Positions 1 to 11,580 of a stretch of DNA of 64,000 bases are shown here, piece after piece (within the stretch, counting starts at the first letter, position 1; every line of letters begins with the position of its first letter). Under the pieces are notes generated by a model. It was not told where the DNA came from. It saw nothing but the letters and a program-made list of their open reading frames with translations, and searched no databases. The position numbers and the translations under genes were made by a program. The DNA is from Octopus sinensis (taxonomy: Eukaryota), in NCBI RefSeq assembly GCF_006345805.1, contig NC_043002.1:87544001-87608000 (forward strand), read 5' to 3'.

Positions 1-896
1 CGCATTTATTTATGAGCTTATGTACATACATACACGAATACAGACACAGAAACTGACACACAAACACCTATATGCATCCATGTGTAAATACGTTTATTCA
101 CATAAGCGAACAAAGGATTGCATACGTATGAAAATATATTCTCTTCGTATGGTTGATAATTATATTACACAGAGAAGCGCGTGAATAAAGACATAAATAT
201 ACACACACATATGAATATACACAGGTACAGTCATATACATTATAAAAAAATGAAAAAAATTATATAATTTTCAGCTGTACTTTCTGATAAAAGAATTCGA
301 TGGATAAATTCTGTTGATTACGTCCATAATGATATTAAAGCTATTTGGAAAGTGTCCTACTGATTAAATATATTTATGCGAATGTCCTTTGCATCTCTCT
401 TAGCAATCTCTTTATAATTTTATAAACAACTATTTTAATATTTCGATGGCAGTTTTTAATCTTGTTGAAGTCGTATTCAGCTTGTATATAAAGAGTCAAA
501 TCTAAATAAAAATACACTTTACTAAAAGCAAATGAATTTGGCACAGAAACTAGAATTGATATAATGCGAGGAAAAGAATAAAACCTGTAATTGTATTCTC
601 TTGTTATTTCAAGAGAAAATTACAAATCCACGGACAGAATAGAATAACGAATACTGAAAACTGCCCATGATACAAATGTCAATACAGTATCTGTTTTAAA
701 AGGTATGTTTTATGTATATTTACAAACTCTTACGCATTTGTTGAATTATTCAGTTAAATTATTTAAGCAAATATAAATGGAATTTGTTCTATTATATTTA
801 GACTAAACAGACAGAAATAAAGTAATATTAACAGGTGGAATATAATATTTGAGCAACTCAAAAATTCTCTACAGATTCGCTGAAAGTATTACTCTG

Positions 897-1334
897 GGAT
901 CATTTCGGTTTGAATGGCAGTTTTTAAAAATAATTTCCACGTAACTAAACACTTTTAAACTTCGTATACTGGTAGAATGTGTTTATAAAGCATCTTTTTC
1001 TATTGGCTTTATTGAGAAAATTCTATAGTTTGTAAGATATTTGTTGTTTGTTTTTCAATTTCAGCAATTTCAACCAATCACTCACGTCTATTGAGGTAAA
1101 AAACATTATGTGCCGTATGAATATGTCCCTCGTTTAAGAAACAGATTGGGTTTATTTACATTTCTGAAGAAAAAAAGATACCCTTCCCCTCACCCCTAAC
1201 CCTAACCTTAACACTAACTAATCACAACCCTAAAACAGATTGAAATGCAATAGATCGATCCTAGGGTCATAATTATGGATGACAATTTCATATGACACTG
1301 CTAGAAAAAACTGTCGTTCAAGCCGAAATAATCC
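897..1334 (+). mobile_element. MITE family A copy 1 (GG..CC ~29-bp TIRs, internal CCCTAA-like tract)
   Basis: Starts GGATCATTTCGGTTTGAATGGCAGTTTTT, ends AAAAAACTGTCGTTCAAGCCGAAATAATCC; internal sequence colinear with four other copies in the window; TSD degenerate. Confidence 0.9.
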
Positions 1335-1643
1335 GATTACTGCCCTAAAGAGTACAGCTGTAAAAAGGTGCATTAAAATGAGCCAGTGTGTATTAAACAG
1401 ATTAGCTTACTCTGTTACGGCATATCGTCTCTCTTCTACTTTTTTATTCATTGGTATATTACCTTTTAAGCTTTACAAACATGCTGGATATGTTACGTTT
1501 AATAAGCCTGTTGGCAACGACATAGATATCTACGTAGAATGGAATTTAAAATATTGAGTAGTTCCTTACCGTTCGTAATTTCACAAACATTTATCGCATA
1601 TGGTTACGAAAATATCGAACCTGTCTTTTGAGGATTTTCATAC

Positions 1644-1649
<6 letters not shown>

Positions 1650-1685
<36 letters not shown>

Positions 1686-1686
1686 A

Positions 1687-1768
<82 letters not shown>

Positions 1769-1790
1769 CATATATATATGTATATGTATG
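1650..1790. repeat. (TA)n microsatellite grading into (TATG)n/(GA)n
   Basis: Directly visible. Confidence 0.95.
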
Positions 1791-2189
1791 TATGTATATG
1801 TATGTATGCATGTATGTATATGTACAGAGAGAGAGAGAGAGGGGGATGTGTGTCTGTGTATATATATATAGACATATATGCACACATGTATGTATGTACA
1901 TATGTATGTAAGTATGTATGCGTGTGTACGGGCGTGCGTTAGTGTTGTCTGTATTATTAGCTACCAACATTATTCTACATCCTAGCTCTCTTGTATATTA
2001 TCAGAGCTAACTGCGCCAAATTGGAATAATACGAATGGATTATAGCTTGGCGTAGTTTCTTATCTCTCCTGGTCTGAATTGATTGAATTCCAGAATGAAT
2101 AGACACTGATACAGCGTCAGGCATCCATCCATAGGTACACAAATAAAACAAATATGAGCATAGACAAGCATATATAGAAAAATAGATAT

Positions 2190-2261
<72 letters not shown>

Positions 2262-2410
2262 CACTATTATATATGCAAATAACCACTAATGTTTATAGGT
2301 ATATGCATGACTATAATTGTACACGTTTGAATTACAATACGAGATACAAACATACGAATATATATATATTATATATATAATATATATAGTATATACTATT
2401 ATAATAGCAA

Positions 2411-2600
2411 AACGCTTCCTCCCACGTTGCCCCGCGATCACTTCGGCATCCGACACGTGGCACACCACGTGCCTGTTCAGGCAACATCGATTTGATGGAG
2501 AGAGTAAGCGAATATGCGGCACGAGCATTTGATCACTGTAAAGAAATCATTTGTGTTGGTCAGCAAAAGCTGAACATTCATACGTCTTCGTCGAGAGAGT
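2411..2600 (+). mobile_element. Probable SINE body/tail fragment
   Basis: GC-richer block resembling a recurrent octopus-type SINE 3' part (from memory), ending before a (CA)n tract. Confidence 0.35.
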
Positions 2601-2614
2601 CAATCATATACATG

Positions 2615-2645
<31 letters not shown>

Positions 2646-2763
2646 ACACACACACAAACAAACATTTTTGAGTAGCTGCAAATAAACATGTGATATCTTC
2701 CACATAAATATGACACAATCTACATTTACGGCTGCATCTTGGAACTCTAAGGGCTTCACTTAC

Positions 2764-3193
2764 GTATGTATTTATGTATGTATGTATTTATGTGTGTATG
2801 TATTTATGTGTGTATGTATGTACGTATTTATGAATGTATGTATGTATTTATGAATGTATGTATGTATGTGTGTATGTATGTATTTATGAATGTATGTATT
2901 TATGTATGTATGTATTTATGTATGTATGTATTTATGTGTGTATGTATTTATGTGTGTATGTATGTACGTATTTATGAATGTATGTATGTATTTATGAATG
3001 TATGTATGTATGTGTGTATGTATGTATTTATGAATGTATGTATTTATGTATGTATGTATTTATGTATGTATGTATTTATGTGTGTATGTATTTATGTGTG
3101 TATGTATGTACGTATTTATGAATGTATGTATGTATTTATGAATGTATGTATGTATGTGTGTATGTATTTATGTGTGTATGTATGTATTTATGA

Positions 3194-3226
<33 letters not shown>

Positions 3227-3232
3227 TGTATG
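2764..3232. repeat. (TATG)n-derived minisatellite with 144-bp higher-order period
   Basis: Marker GTACGTA at 2820, 2964 and 3108 (144-bp spacing). Confidence 0.9.
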
Positions 3233-3409
3233 TGCGCTCGAAGCGGAAGCACAGGAAGTGAAATGAAGTAATATTTCACAACAAACATGTTGATAAATTG
3301 TCAAAGCTGGCTACAAGCTGCACTGAGAGAAACTGGAATTGCAATATACCCCAAACACGTTATTTTTATAAGTAATCTATGTATGTGTGTGTGTGTATTT
3401 TGATATATA

Positions 3410-3552
3410 TATCATGTTCCTTTCTGTTGAAGAGCGTAGGCTCGAAACGTAAAAGACCTTCTCACCTTCCCTAGCGTTAGGCTAATACGACTGTTTGTTG
3501 TTTATACACCTATCTTCGTCTTTTGCTTTTCTGTAAATTTCAACTATATATA
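3410..3552 (+). mobile_element. Penelope-like element terminal fragment with hammerhead-like motif
   Basis: CTTT-CTGTTGA-AGAGCGTAGGCTC-GAAAC-GTA-AAAG followed by a pyrimidine-rich tail, as in PLE terminal repeats. Confidence 0.55.
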
Positions 3553-3816
3553 TGTCGAAAATAAAGGAAATTTGTTAACAAGTCGTTCAACTCCATTCTT
3601 TCATAAAGTTATATTTTTTAAAATAAACATACAAATTTCCGCACGGAAGCACGTAGTCTATGCCCTAGGGATGTAACTTCAACCGTGTTCTTTCTGATGT
3701 GAATTTGCTACCCAGGTATCGGTTATCTTTCGAATTATCCTTAATAAGATAATTCATTCAACTACTCAAATATATATATATATAAACGCTCCACACACAC
3801 CACACACACTATATTA

Positions 3817-3875
<59 letters not shown>

Positions 3876-4423
3876 ATATGTGTGTGGTTGTGTGTATGTG
3901 TGTGTGTGTGTGTGTGTGGTGTGTGTGTGTGTGTGTGGTGTGTGTGTATAGGCAAAATAGGTAGTAGTAAAATCTCAAGAACAGATAGTGTAGTAACTAT
4001 ACAAAATAGTAAATCATTCGCCACGTTAAAGTGCCTGGTGAATGTTACTACTAATTTAACCACAGGTAGATTGTTCGCCAGGTGGTTATCGGTGTGACCC
4101 TGTACCTTTTATATACAATATATTGTTAGCAGGAGGAACGAACACTTACCACTCTTTAGCAGGTAACAGGATTGCGCTTGTTTCGAGCTATTTGGCCCGT
4201 CCTCAGTTGCGAGCATCTGAATGCCAGTGTGATAGCCAGGGTCCGCTAATGTTAACAGTATATAGTAAACAAAATGACCATTGGTCACTGATTTGCAACA
4301 AGCAAAATAGCTAGAGGAGATAGAGTAGTAAGCATACAAAGCAATAAACTCAGTAGTGCCAGACTCGTGATCCTCTAACCAGCTTGTAGGTGGTAAGGGT
4401 TCGCTCCACCTGCTGACAACATA

Positions 4424-5348
4424 CTGTATAAGTTGCGTAAGATATTTGAGGACAGATTTTTGTTTATATAAAAAAATCCAGATATATAGTAAGAGATAAC
4501 TTTATTTATCAAAAAATGCTATGATGATAAAAATAAACCTTTTCTATAATGGTATTCAATAAAGCCACCTTCAGCTTCAACAACTGCTTCTATATGAGAT
4601 TAAATCATCGATATGCTCGAATGAAGTGGTCCTGGTTCATTTTGGACATTACTCTCACCATGGTAGCTTTCAAAGAATCTTTGGTGTTATGGGCGTGTTC
4701 ATTGACCTCTCTCTTAACAACGCTCCACATGTAATAGTCCAATGGATTCAGATCTTGGGATTAGGAGGCCAAATATTAGAGGTCATGTGATCATGACAAT
4801 TTTCAGCCACCCATTCCTATGTTACTAGAGCCATGTGTGATAGTGCAGAGACTTACTGAAACCCATATGACCTTCCATTGCATACACTGTCTATCCAAGG
4901 CTTAAAAATCATTTCCAGGACCTCAATATAGGTGGCAGAGTTAACACTAAGGCCTTATAGAAAGAAGTAAGGAGGCATCATATGTCCTTCATTGCTGACA
5001 ACTCCTAAACTATGGAAGTTGCAAGAAATTTTGTATGCATAACTCTTGGAACTTCAAAAGTGTCCGCACATAATCATCTGTCATTTCTTCTGTTAACTTT
5101 TTTGACCCTGGTCGAAGTTTTTCTCATTTGAGAAAAAACAAATTCAATCTTCTGCTGGATTTTTCAGTTTGTTCAAGAGCCTTTTAGATCTGATGTAGTG
5201 ATTTGATTTTCTTTCGCTTTTTCTGACAAATTGACCCGTCCTTATATCTGATGTCTTCGTGGACAACATTTCTGACACATGGAGAATTTTGCAATTGAGC
5301 TCATGGACTTTCTGGGACTGTAATCAATGGTCTCTTGAACTTGCTGGA
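4424..5348 (-). pseudogene. Tc1/mariner maT (DD37D-type) transposase remnant with 3' terminus
   Basis: Minus strand reads ..HDHMTSNIWPPN/QDLNPLDYYMWSVVKREVNEHAHNTKDSLKATMVRVMSKMNQDHFIRA, matching the WPPNSPDLNPLDY C-terminal region; multiple stops and frameshifts; TA at 4422-4423. Confidence 0.8.
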
Positions 5349-5515
5349 TATATATATATATGTATATGTATGTGTATATATATATACACACATATATATA
5401 TATTATTGTCTGGGCGAGAAATTCTCTTTTAGTGCCTTATTATTTAATGACAATCTTTAAACTCTTTGTTCTAAATTGTAACATAAATATCCTCTATTTG
5501 TCTAATATTCGTTTG

Positions 5516-5875
5516 TTGCTTCTTCTTCTTCTTCTTCTTCTTCTTCTCTTCTTCTTCTTCTCTCTCTTCTTGTCTTCTCTTCTTCTTCTCTTCTTCTTCT
5601 TCTTCTTCTTCTTCTTCTTCTCTTCTTCTTCTTCTTCTTCTCTCTTTCTTCGTCTTTCTCTTCTTCTTCTTCTTCTTCTTCTTCTTCTTTTTCTTCTTCT
5701 TCTCTTCTTCTTCTTCTTATTTTATTATATTATTCTTATTCTTATTATTAGTATTATTTTATTATTATAATATATATATATATATATATAATTATTATTA
5801 TTATATAATATATATATATATATACATATGTATACATACATACATACTACATACATACATACATACATACATACA

Positions 5876-5905
<30 letters not shown>
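5516..5905. repeat. Compound (CTT)n, (ATT)n, (TA)n, (TACA)n microsatellite
   Basis: Directly visible. Confidence 0.95.
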
Positions 5906-5906
<1 letters not shown>

Positions 5907-5928
5907 GTCTATATACATGCAAATACAC

Positions 5929-6190
5929 ATGATTGCTCCAACGTCGCAGACTATTGCCATCTCTCTGAGCTTGCTTCCTCGTTGTCAATAGCATTTCTAA
6001 CATCCTGTCCATGACCTTCCAGATGAATATTCAGTCCCGCTGCGGATGTGCAAGATTTGAAGCATGGGTGCAAGGCGGAAGCTGTAATTTTCACTGGATT
6101 GATTGTTTCACTTTGTGAGATATGATCCCTGTGAATTGCGAGATCCGAGATATATTTGCAAGCCCTTTCACACACCACACACGTCAAATT
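5929..6190 (-). mobile_element. RTE-type LINE 3' end with C2H2-like motifs
   Basis: ORF 5951-6226 contains CVVCERAC..DLAIHRDH and CFKSCTSAAGLNIHLEGH, then a short 3' UTR (GATGGCAATAGTCTGCGACGTTGGAGCAATC) and a (TATG)n tail. Confidence 0.6.
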
Positions 6191-6602
6191 ACATACATAC
6201 ATACATATATACATACATACATACATACAAAGCTGATACGAAGACTACACACCCAAGCCATCACTGGAACTGTAAAATCTGTGAAACTTTCCAGAGGTTT
6301 ATCATTTAAGTATAGCTGAGCATACATATTTGAGAATACATTCATATATGAGAATACCGGCTCCCTCCTCAGTGGAAGATGTATAATAAGTAGAAAATAA
6401 AAGAGACAAGCATACAAAAATATTCTGTTGATGCTGTTAAAATCCCAATGAAGGAGCCTTGGATCTAGGTTAGAAACCAGCTCATTCTCTATTGGCAAGA
6501 TAGCTTAAAATAAAACTGAATAATGGCATACATACATACACACACATACATAGCTGTTTACATGCATACATAGATAAATATATGCACGCATACATATGTA
6601 CA

Positions 6603-6700
6603 TACCTTGAGCAAGACACTTTATTTCACGCTGCTCCAGTTCACTCAGCTGTAGAATGAGTTGCAACGTCACTGGTACCAAGCTGTATCGGCCTTTACTT
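6603..6700 (+). mobile_element. SINE internal fragment
   Basis: CCTTGAGCAAGACACTTTATTTCACGCTGCTCCAGTTCACTCAGCTG resembles the core of other SINEs in the window. Confidence 0.5.
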
Positions 6701-7465
6701 TCTTCCCAGTTCTGCTTTCCTTTTTTCTATGTCCTCATATACACCTTATCATCAACCTTAATAAATCTTGCTGTCTTCCCTGGCACTATTTCTTTTCTTG
6801 CTGGGTAGCAATTGACTTTGATTTCTTTGTAAACATCAGCTCCGCAGGTGAGCTACCTGTTGGTGTATTCGGATTTGGTGTAATACGATATACCCTTAAA
6901 TATTGTTATAGAGCTACCACATCCGGGCTTTCCTTATTGGATTTTCTAAGGGCTCTTTTGAAGGTGACAACAAAGCACTCTGCTTGTCCATTAGATCTGG
7001 GATGGTATGGCGCCGTAGTTATATGTTTTTAAAAAGTCGCTGGACACAAATTGCATTTTATTGTCAGACACTGTTTTGTTTGGGGTGTCAAATCTTGCCA
7101 ACCATTCGTATAAAAAGTTTACAACAGTTGAGGAGGATTTTTTTTTTACACTTGCAAATTTCAGACCATTTTGAAAAACTATCAACTACCACTAAGTAGT
7201 AAGAACCATTTAAAGGACCAGCTATACTGATGTGTTGTCTGACCACGGAACATCTACTTTTGAAAAATATTTACTTTTTATTGTGGGCTATTTTTTCGCG
7301 AATGGTACATTTCGTTTTGATATAAATATGTGTTCCCCTTTCTTTTACTGCGATTTTTTGTTTCAGTCCTTCAGCCGCGTTTGAACCAACGACTGAGGTG
7401 ACTATATTTCTACGCAAAACACTTATGGGCTTTTTCCATAAATTGAATAGTTCCATAAATTGAAT
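6700..7465 (-). pseudogene. pol: Gypsy integrase core (plus short post-protease segment)
   Basis: Minus strand: PW..HI.AGPLNGSYYLVVVDSFSKWSEI; VSDN..QFVS; YHPRSNGQAECFVVTFKRAL; YRITPNPNTPTGSSPAELMF; frameshifted. Confidence 0.85.
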
Positions 7466-7468
7466 ATA

Positions 7469-7850
7469 GGCGTAGGAGTGACTGTGTAGTAAGTAGCTTG
7501 CTTACCAACCACATGGATCCGGGTTCAGTCCCACTGCGTGGCACCTTGGGCAAGTGTCTTCTACTATAGCCTCGGGCCGACCAAAGCCTTGTGAGTGGAT
7601 TTGGTAGACGGAAACTCTGTGCGTGTGTGTGTATGTTTGTGTGTCCCCCATCCCCCAACATCGCTTGACAACCGATACTGGTGTGTTTACGTCCCCGTAA
7701 ATTAGCGGTTCGGCAAAAGAGACCGATAGAATAAGCACTAGGCTTACAAAGAATAAGCCCTGGGGTCGATTTTCTCGACTAAAGGCGGTGCTCCAGCATG
7801 GCCACGGTCACATGACTGAAACAAGTAAAAGAGTAAAAGAGTAAAAGAGT
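7469..7850 (+). mobile_element. Full-length tRNA-derived SINE inserted in the Gypsy element
   Basis: A-box-like TGACTGTGTAGT, B-box GGGTTCAGTCCC, internal (TG)n, (GTAAAAGA)n tail. Confidence 0.9.
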
Positions 7851-8266
7851 TATATCCACTCTGTACCAAATAAATTAAGTGAATATTTTAATACATATAT
7901 CTTAGCTTTTTTCGTTTGACCTCGAAATGTTATGCTACATACGCATTCACCGAAAAGAAAAATAATCTTTTTCCCGTAACACCATGTGCTACCTTTTTAG
8001 ATTTAATTAATTTCTACCTACCGACTTGTTTCCACGTTTTTGTTTTTTCATTTATAATGGTAATATCATTACCTGAATCGAACTTCAATTTTACACTTGT
8101 ATTTTAAATTTTCACCTGTATGAATTTTCTGTTCGTTGTATCACTCTTTTTTTCGCTATGACAAATTATCTATATTTTTTTCCTTTATTCTGACGTTTTT
8201 TTTATATTTTCGTTCTACAGTGTGTCTTGATATGTCCTGTATAACCACAAGGAAAGTAATTCGCTA

Positions 8267-8714
8267 GGATCTTTTCGGTTTGAACGGCAGTTTTTAACAT
8301 AATTTCTAGGTAATTAAAAAGTTTTAAACTTCGTATACTGGTAGAATGTGTTTATAAAACATCTTTTTCTCTTGCCTTTATTGAGAAAATTCTATAGTTT
8401 TTAAGTTATTTGTTGTTTTTTTCTTCAATTTCTTCAATTTCAACCAATCAGTGACGTCTATTGAGTTAAAAAGCATTCTGTGCCGTATGAATATGCCCCT
8501 CGTTTAAGAAACAGATTGGGTTTATTTACATTTGTGAAGAAAAATAAGATACCCTTCCCCCACCCCTAACCCTATCCCTAACCATAACTAACCCTAACTA
8601 ACTCTCACCCTAAAACAGATTGAAATGCAATAGATCGATTTTAGGGTCATAATTATGGGTGACAACTTCCTATGACACCGCTAGAAAAAACTGCCGTTCA
8701 AACCGAAAAGATCC
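8267..8714 (+). mobile_element. MITE family A copy 2
   Basis: TIRs GGATCTTTTCGGTTTGAACGGCAG / CTGCCGTTCAAACCGAAAAGATCC; sits between two ~230-bp direct repeats. Confidence 0.92.
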
Positions 8715-9087
8715 CACGATTTTTGGTTTTTTTTCATTTATAATGGTAATGCCATTACCTGAATCGAACTTCAATTTTACAACTTTATTTTAAATTTTCA
8801 ACTGTATGAATTTTCTGTTCGTTGTATCACCCTTTTTTTTTTGCTATGACTAACTATCTATATTTTTTCTTTTATTCTGACTTTCTTTTTTTATTTTTGT
8901 TCTACAGTGTCTTGATATGTCCTATATAACCACAAGGAAAGTGCATACCATCACACGCAAAACATGAGTTTATATCCTAATGTTTGTCGTGCTTTTTAGA
9001 AAACACTTTATTCAGACTATTCCACACTTGTTTTACTTGGAAACAATCTTTACGTTGTTTTCTCTGTGTCGTGCCTCAATTTAAGTA

Positions 9088-9500
9088 GGATCTTTTCGGT
9101 TTGAACGGCAGTTTTTCTAGCGGTGTCATATGAAATTGTCACCCATAATTATGAACCTAGTATTGATCTATTGCATTTCAATCTATTTTAGGGTTAGGGT
9201 TAGGGGTAGGGGAAGGGTATCTTTTTTCTTCAGAAATGTAAATAAACCCAATGTGTTTCTTAAACGAGGGACATATTCATACGGCACAGAATGTTTTCAC
9301 CTCAAATACACGTCATTGATTGGTTGAAATTGCAGAAATTGAAGAAAAATACAACAACTATCTTACAAACTATAGAATTTTCTCAATAAAGCCAAGAGAA
9401 AAAGATGTTTTATAAACACATTCTACCAGTATACGAAGTTTAAAAGTGTTTAGTTACCTAGAAATTATGTTAAAAACTGCCGTTCAAACCGAAAAGATCC
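9088..9500 (-). mobile_element. MITE family A copy 3 with perfect 8-bp TSD
   Basis: Perfect TIRs; TTTAAGTA at 9080-9087 and 9501-9508. Confidence 0.95.
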
Positions 9501-10327
9501 TTTAAGTATCCATTCATATTCTTCAAACACGTTTTGCAGGGTTACATCCTGGTTTTGCTCCAGCTTGTAAGAATTCTAGTTCTGACTTCTGCATCCTTTT
9601 CGGCAGTTAGCCTCTGGGTAGAAACCAGGCATTTGAACATATCTGAAGTTAATTATCCAGCTTAAACTCCTCACATTCCCTGTTTACTCTAGCAGCATAT
9701 GTACTCGTAACTTTTTATCTATATTCAGACACTTCCAACGTGTGTTGAACAATGAGCTTTTTTCACTCACAATTTTACACAATATATCTATTATGTTATT
9801 AAAATTTATGTCCGAAGGTTTTCTTGGAAGTACGTAATTTCTGTATCTTTCGTGTTCTGCTGCCGCCAGTTCTTAAGATTAAGCGCGTTTTCATCTTGTC
9901 GACCCAATCTTTACATTCTTTCTCGAAGATTTTTCTCATTTCTTCTGTTGTATGCTTCGAGGGTAACTCATTCATCTGGTTTGTATTTGAAGCTCAGTTC
10001 TGAAGTTCGCAACATAGTTTGTCAAGAAAACTTTTGATTTTCCTGACGACTTCATTAATTGCAGCACTTGTTGTTGCAAAACTAACTGCTGTTGTTTCTG
10101 TTGTTGCTCTTGCAGTTGTATCAGCTGTTGCTGTTGTTCTCTCAGCTGCTGTTGTTACTGTTTTTGCAACTCCAGCAAACCTGCCAACAAATTTTCCATA
10201 CTTTTACGATTTTTAAAAACATTCGTACACCCACTTCGTGAGTTTATTAACACCTCTCCGAGTTCCTATTAACTCGACGTGAATTGTTTTATCCTCATCG
10301 AGTTTATCTATTCCTCGTGAGTTAACT

Positions 10328-10339
10328 CCTCGTCGCCAC
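10328..10339 (-). promoter_or_regulatory. Primer-binding-site-like motif of the Gypsy element
   Basis: GTGGCGACGAGG immediately 3' of the LTR end CAACA on the minus strand. Confidence 0.7.
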
Positions 10340-10562
10340 TGTTGTGACTTGTGTCGTCACTGTTTTATCCTTTATATATCGGTATATTAATACGCCCACT
10401 TCGGTTATCGCAGTATCGATATTAGCTCTGTAACACACGACTCAACACAGCATAACACGTACTCTAGTACTCTCTCGATACTGGCCGACGTCACCTTACT
10501 TATAGTGACTCTCTCCACTAGTCACGTAGGAGGTGTACCATTATTACTAATTCCCTACAACA
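10340..10562 (-). repeat. Gypsy 5' LTR (223 bp)
   Basis: Minus strand starts TGTTGT and ends ACAACA (TG..CA with 6-bp terminal inverted repeat), directly followed by the PBS and gag. Confidence 0.8.
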
Positions 10563-10679
10563 ATCAGGTCTTAACATTACTCCGATGAGACATATTACTG
10601 CTCTCCAGAAGTCCGAAAACAATAGTGGTCCGAACAGACATCTTGGGAAGGCACAAAAACGGTATTTCCTACAATGTAA

Positions 10680-10945
10680 AGAAAGCCAAATATCCGGACT
10701 TGATCGACGAGTTTCATGTTAAGTGATGGCATACAGCCTCTTTCTCCATTGAAGTCAGCTGCCGCAGCTCTCCAGATAGATATGTGCGCTATTTCCTAGA
10801 GAAGATAAGTGAGACGACTGAAGAAGAAAGCTCAAGGTGGCTATGAGTGATATGAGACCACAAGTGGAAGTCTTCCGTGGGCGAAGACTATTTCAGACCT
10901 ATTTCAGTACACTTGCCCGGTTTAACACCACCACCTCTCAAGTTA
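10680..10945 (-). mobile_element. Probable RTE LINE 5' region fragment
   Basis: Minus strand GGTGGTGGTGTTAAACCGGGC..GTCTTCGCCCACGGAAGACTTC resembles RTE/BovB-like 5' UTR motifs (from memory). Confidence 0.4.
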
Positions 10946-11465
10946 GGTGACTTTAGTGAAATCAACTGTGTTGCATGCATTCGGGTTAGTTCTCCGGTTT
11001 GAAGATTCTCCCTCGATCTCAGCAATATGCTGGAGGCCCAGCAATGAGTCATGGGCACTGCCGTCTCTCCAGATTATAAGTAATAGAAAATCGTGCATGC
11101 ATACAGAAACATACATACACACACACACCGAAACATTCGCAAATACACATTAGTATTTATGCAATCATATAAGCGTACGCACAAGGACACACGCACACTT
11201 ACAACATACTTGTATATACACAAAAATATGCACATAGAATTCAAAGATATATACGTGCAATTACATAAACACTCTACTATGTACACACAAACACACACAC
11301 ATATATATATATATGTATCTATAAAATCATGCATACACAATTTCTTTTATTATCTATAGAAGACGTACATAGAAGGGGACGAACATGGACACTACAACAT
11401 ATAACGATATGTCAGTTTAAATCGAGATTAAAAATTTAAAATAATTATGCATACACACGGACATA

Positions 11466-11580
11466 CGAAGGTGGGATGAAAAGTTCGTAGGCTAACCATG
11501 AAGGAGTGATGCTGGAGTTGTGGAACATTGATGCTTTTACTTCAAATTCTTATTAATAACTGTATTTTTTCTTTCGAAAT
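11466..11580 (+). mobile_element. Mariner-type terminal fragment
   Basis: TA-CGAAGGTGGGATGAAAAGTTCGTAGG resembles a mariner TIR; no partner TIR found. Confidence 0.4.

Larger units (their letters stand above)
7851..10060 (-). pseudogene. gag: Gypsy gag (with CCHC knuckle region) and aspartic protease
   Basis: Minus strand: EKSSLFNTRWKCLNI, YAARVNRECE.FKLD, DAEVRTRIL.KLEQ; ..GHIKTHCR; protease KLKFDSGNDITIINEK; VAHGVTG..NLFGTEWI. Confidence 0.8.
6700..10562 (-). mobile_element. Ty3/Gypsy LTR retrotransposon remnant (5' LTR-PBS-gag-PR-[RT/RH deleted]-IN), interrupted by a SINE, two MITEs and a duplication
   Basis: LTR, PBS, gag, protease and integrase motifs all colinear on the minus strand; no 3' LTR found. 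Confidence 0.85.

Noticed and set aside
1194-1232. (CCCTAA)n as a telomere or chromosome-fusion scar
   Set aside because: It is short, degenerate and always at the same position inside MITE family A.
1628-1970. Overlapping ORFs rich in I/Y/M/C
   Set aside because: These are translations of (TA)n/(TATG)n. The same applies to ORFs at 2766-3266, 5360-5770, 23084-23582, 55570-56003, 56604-56919 and the poly-Ile/Thr start of 41510-42508.
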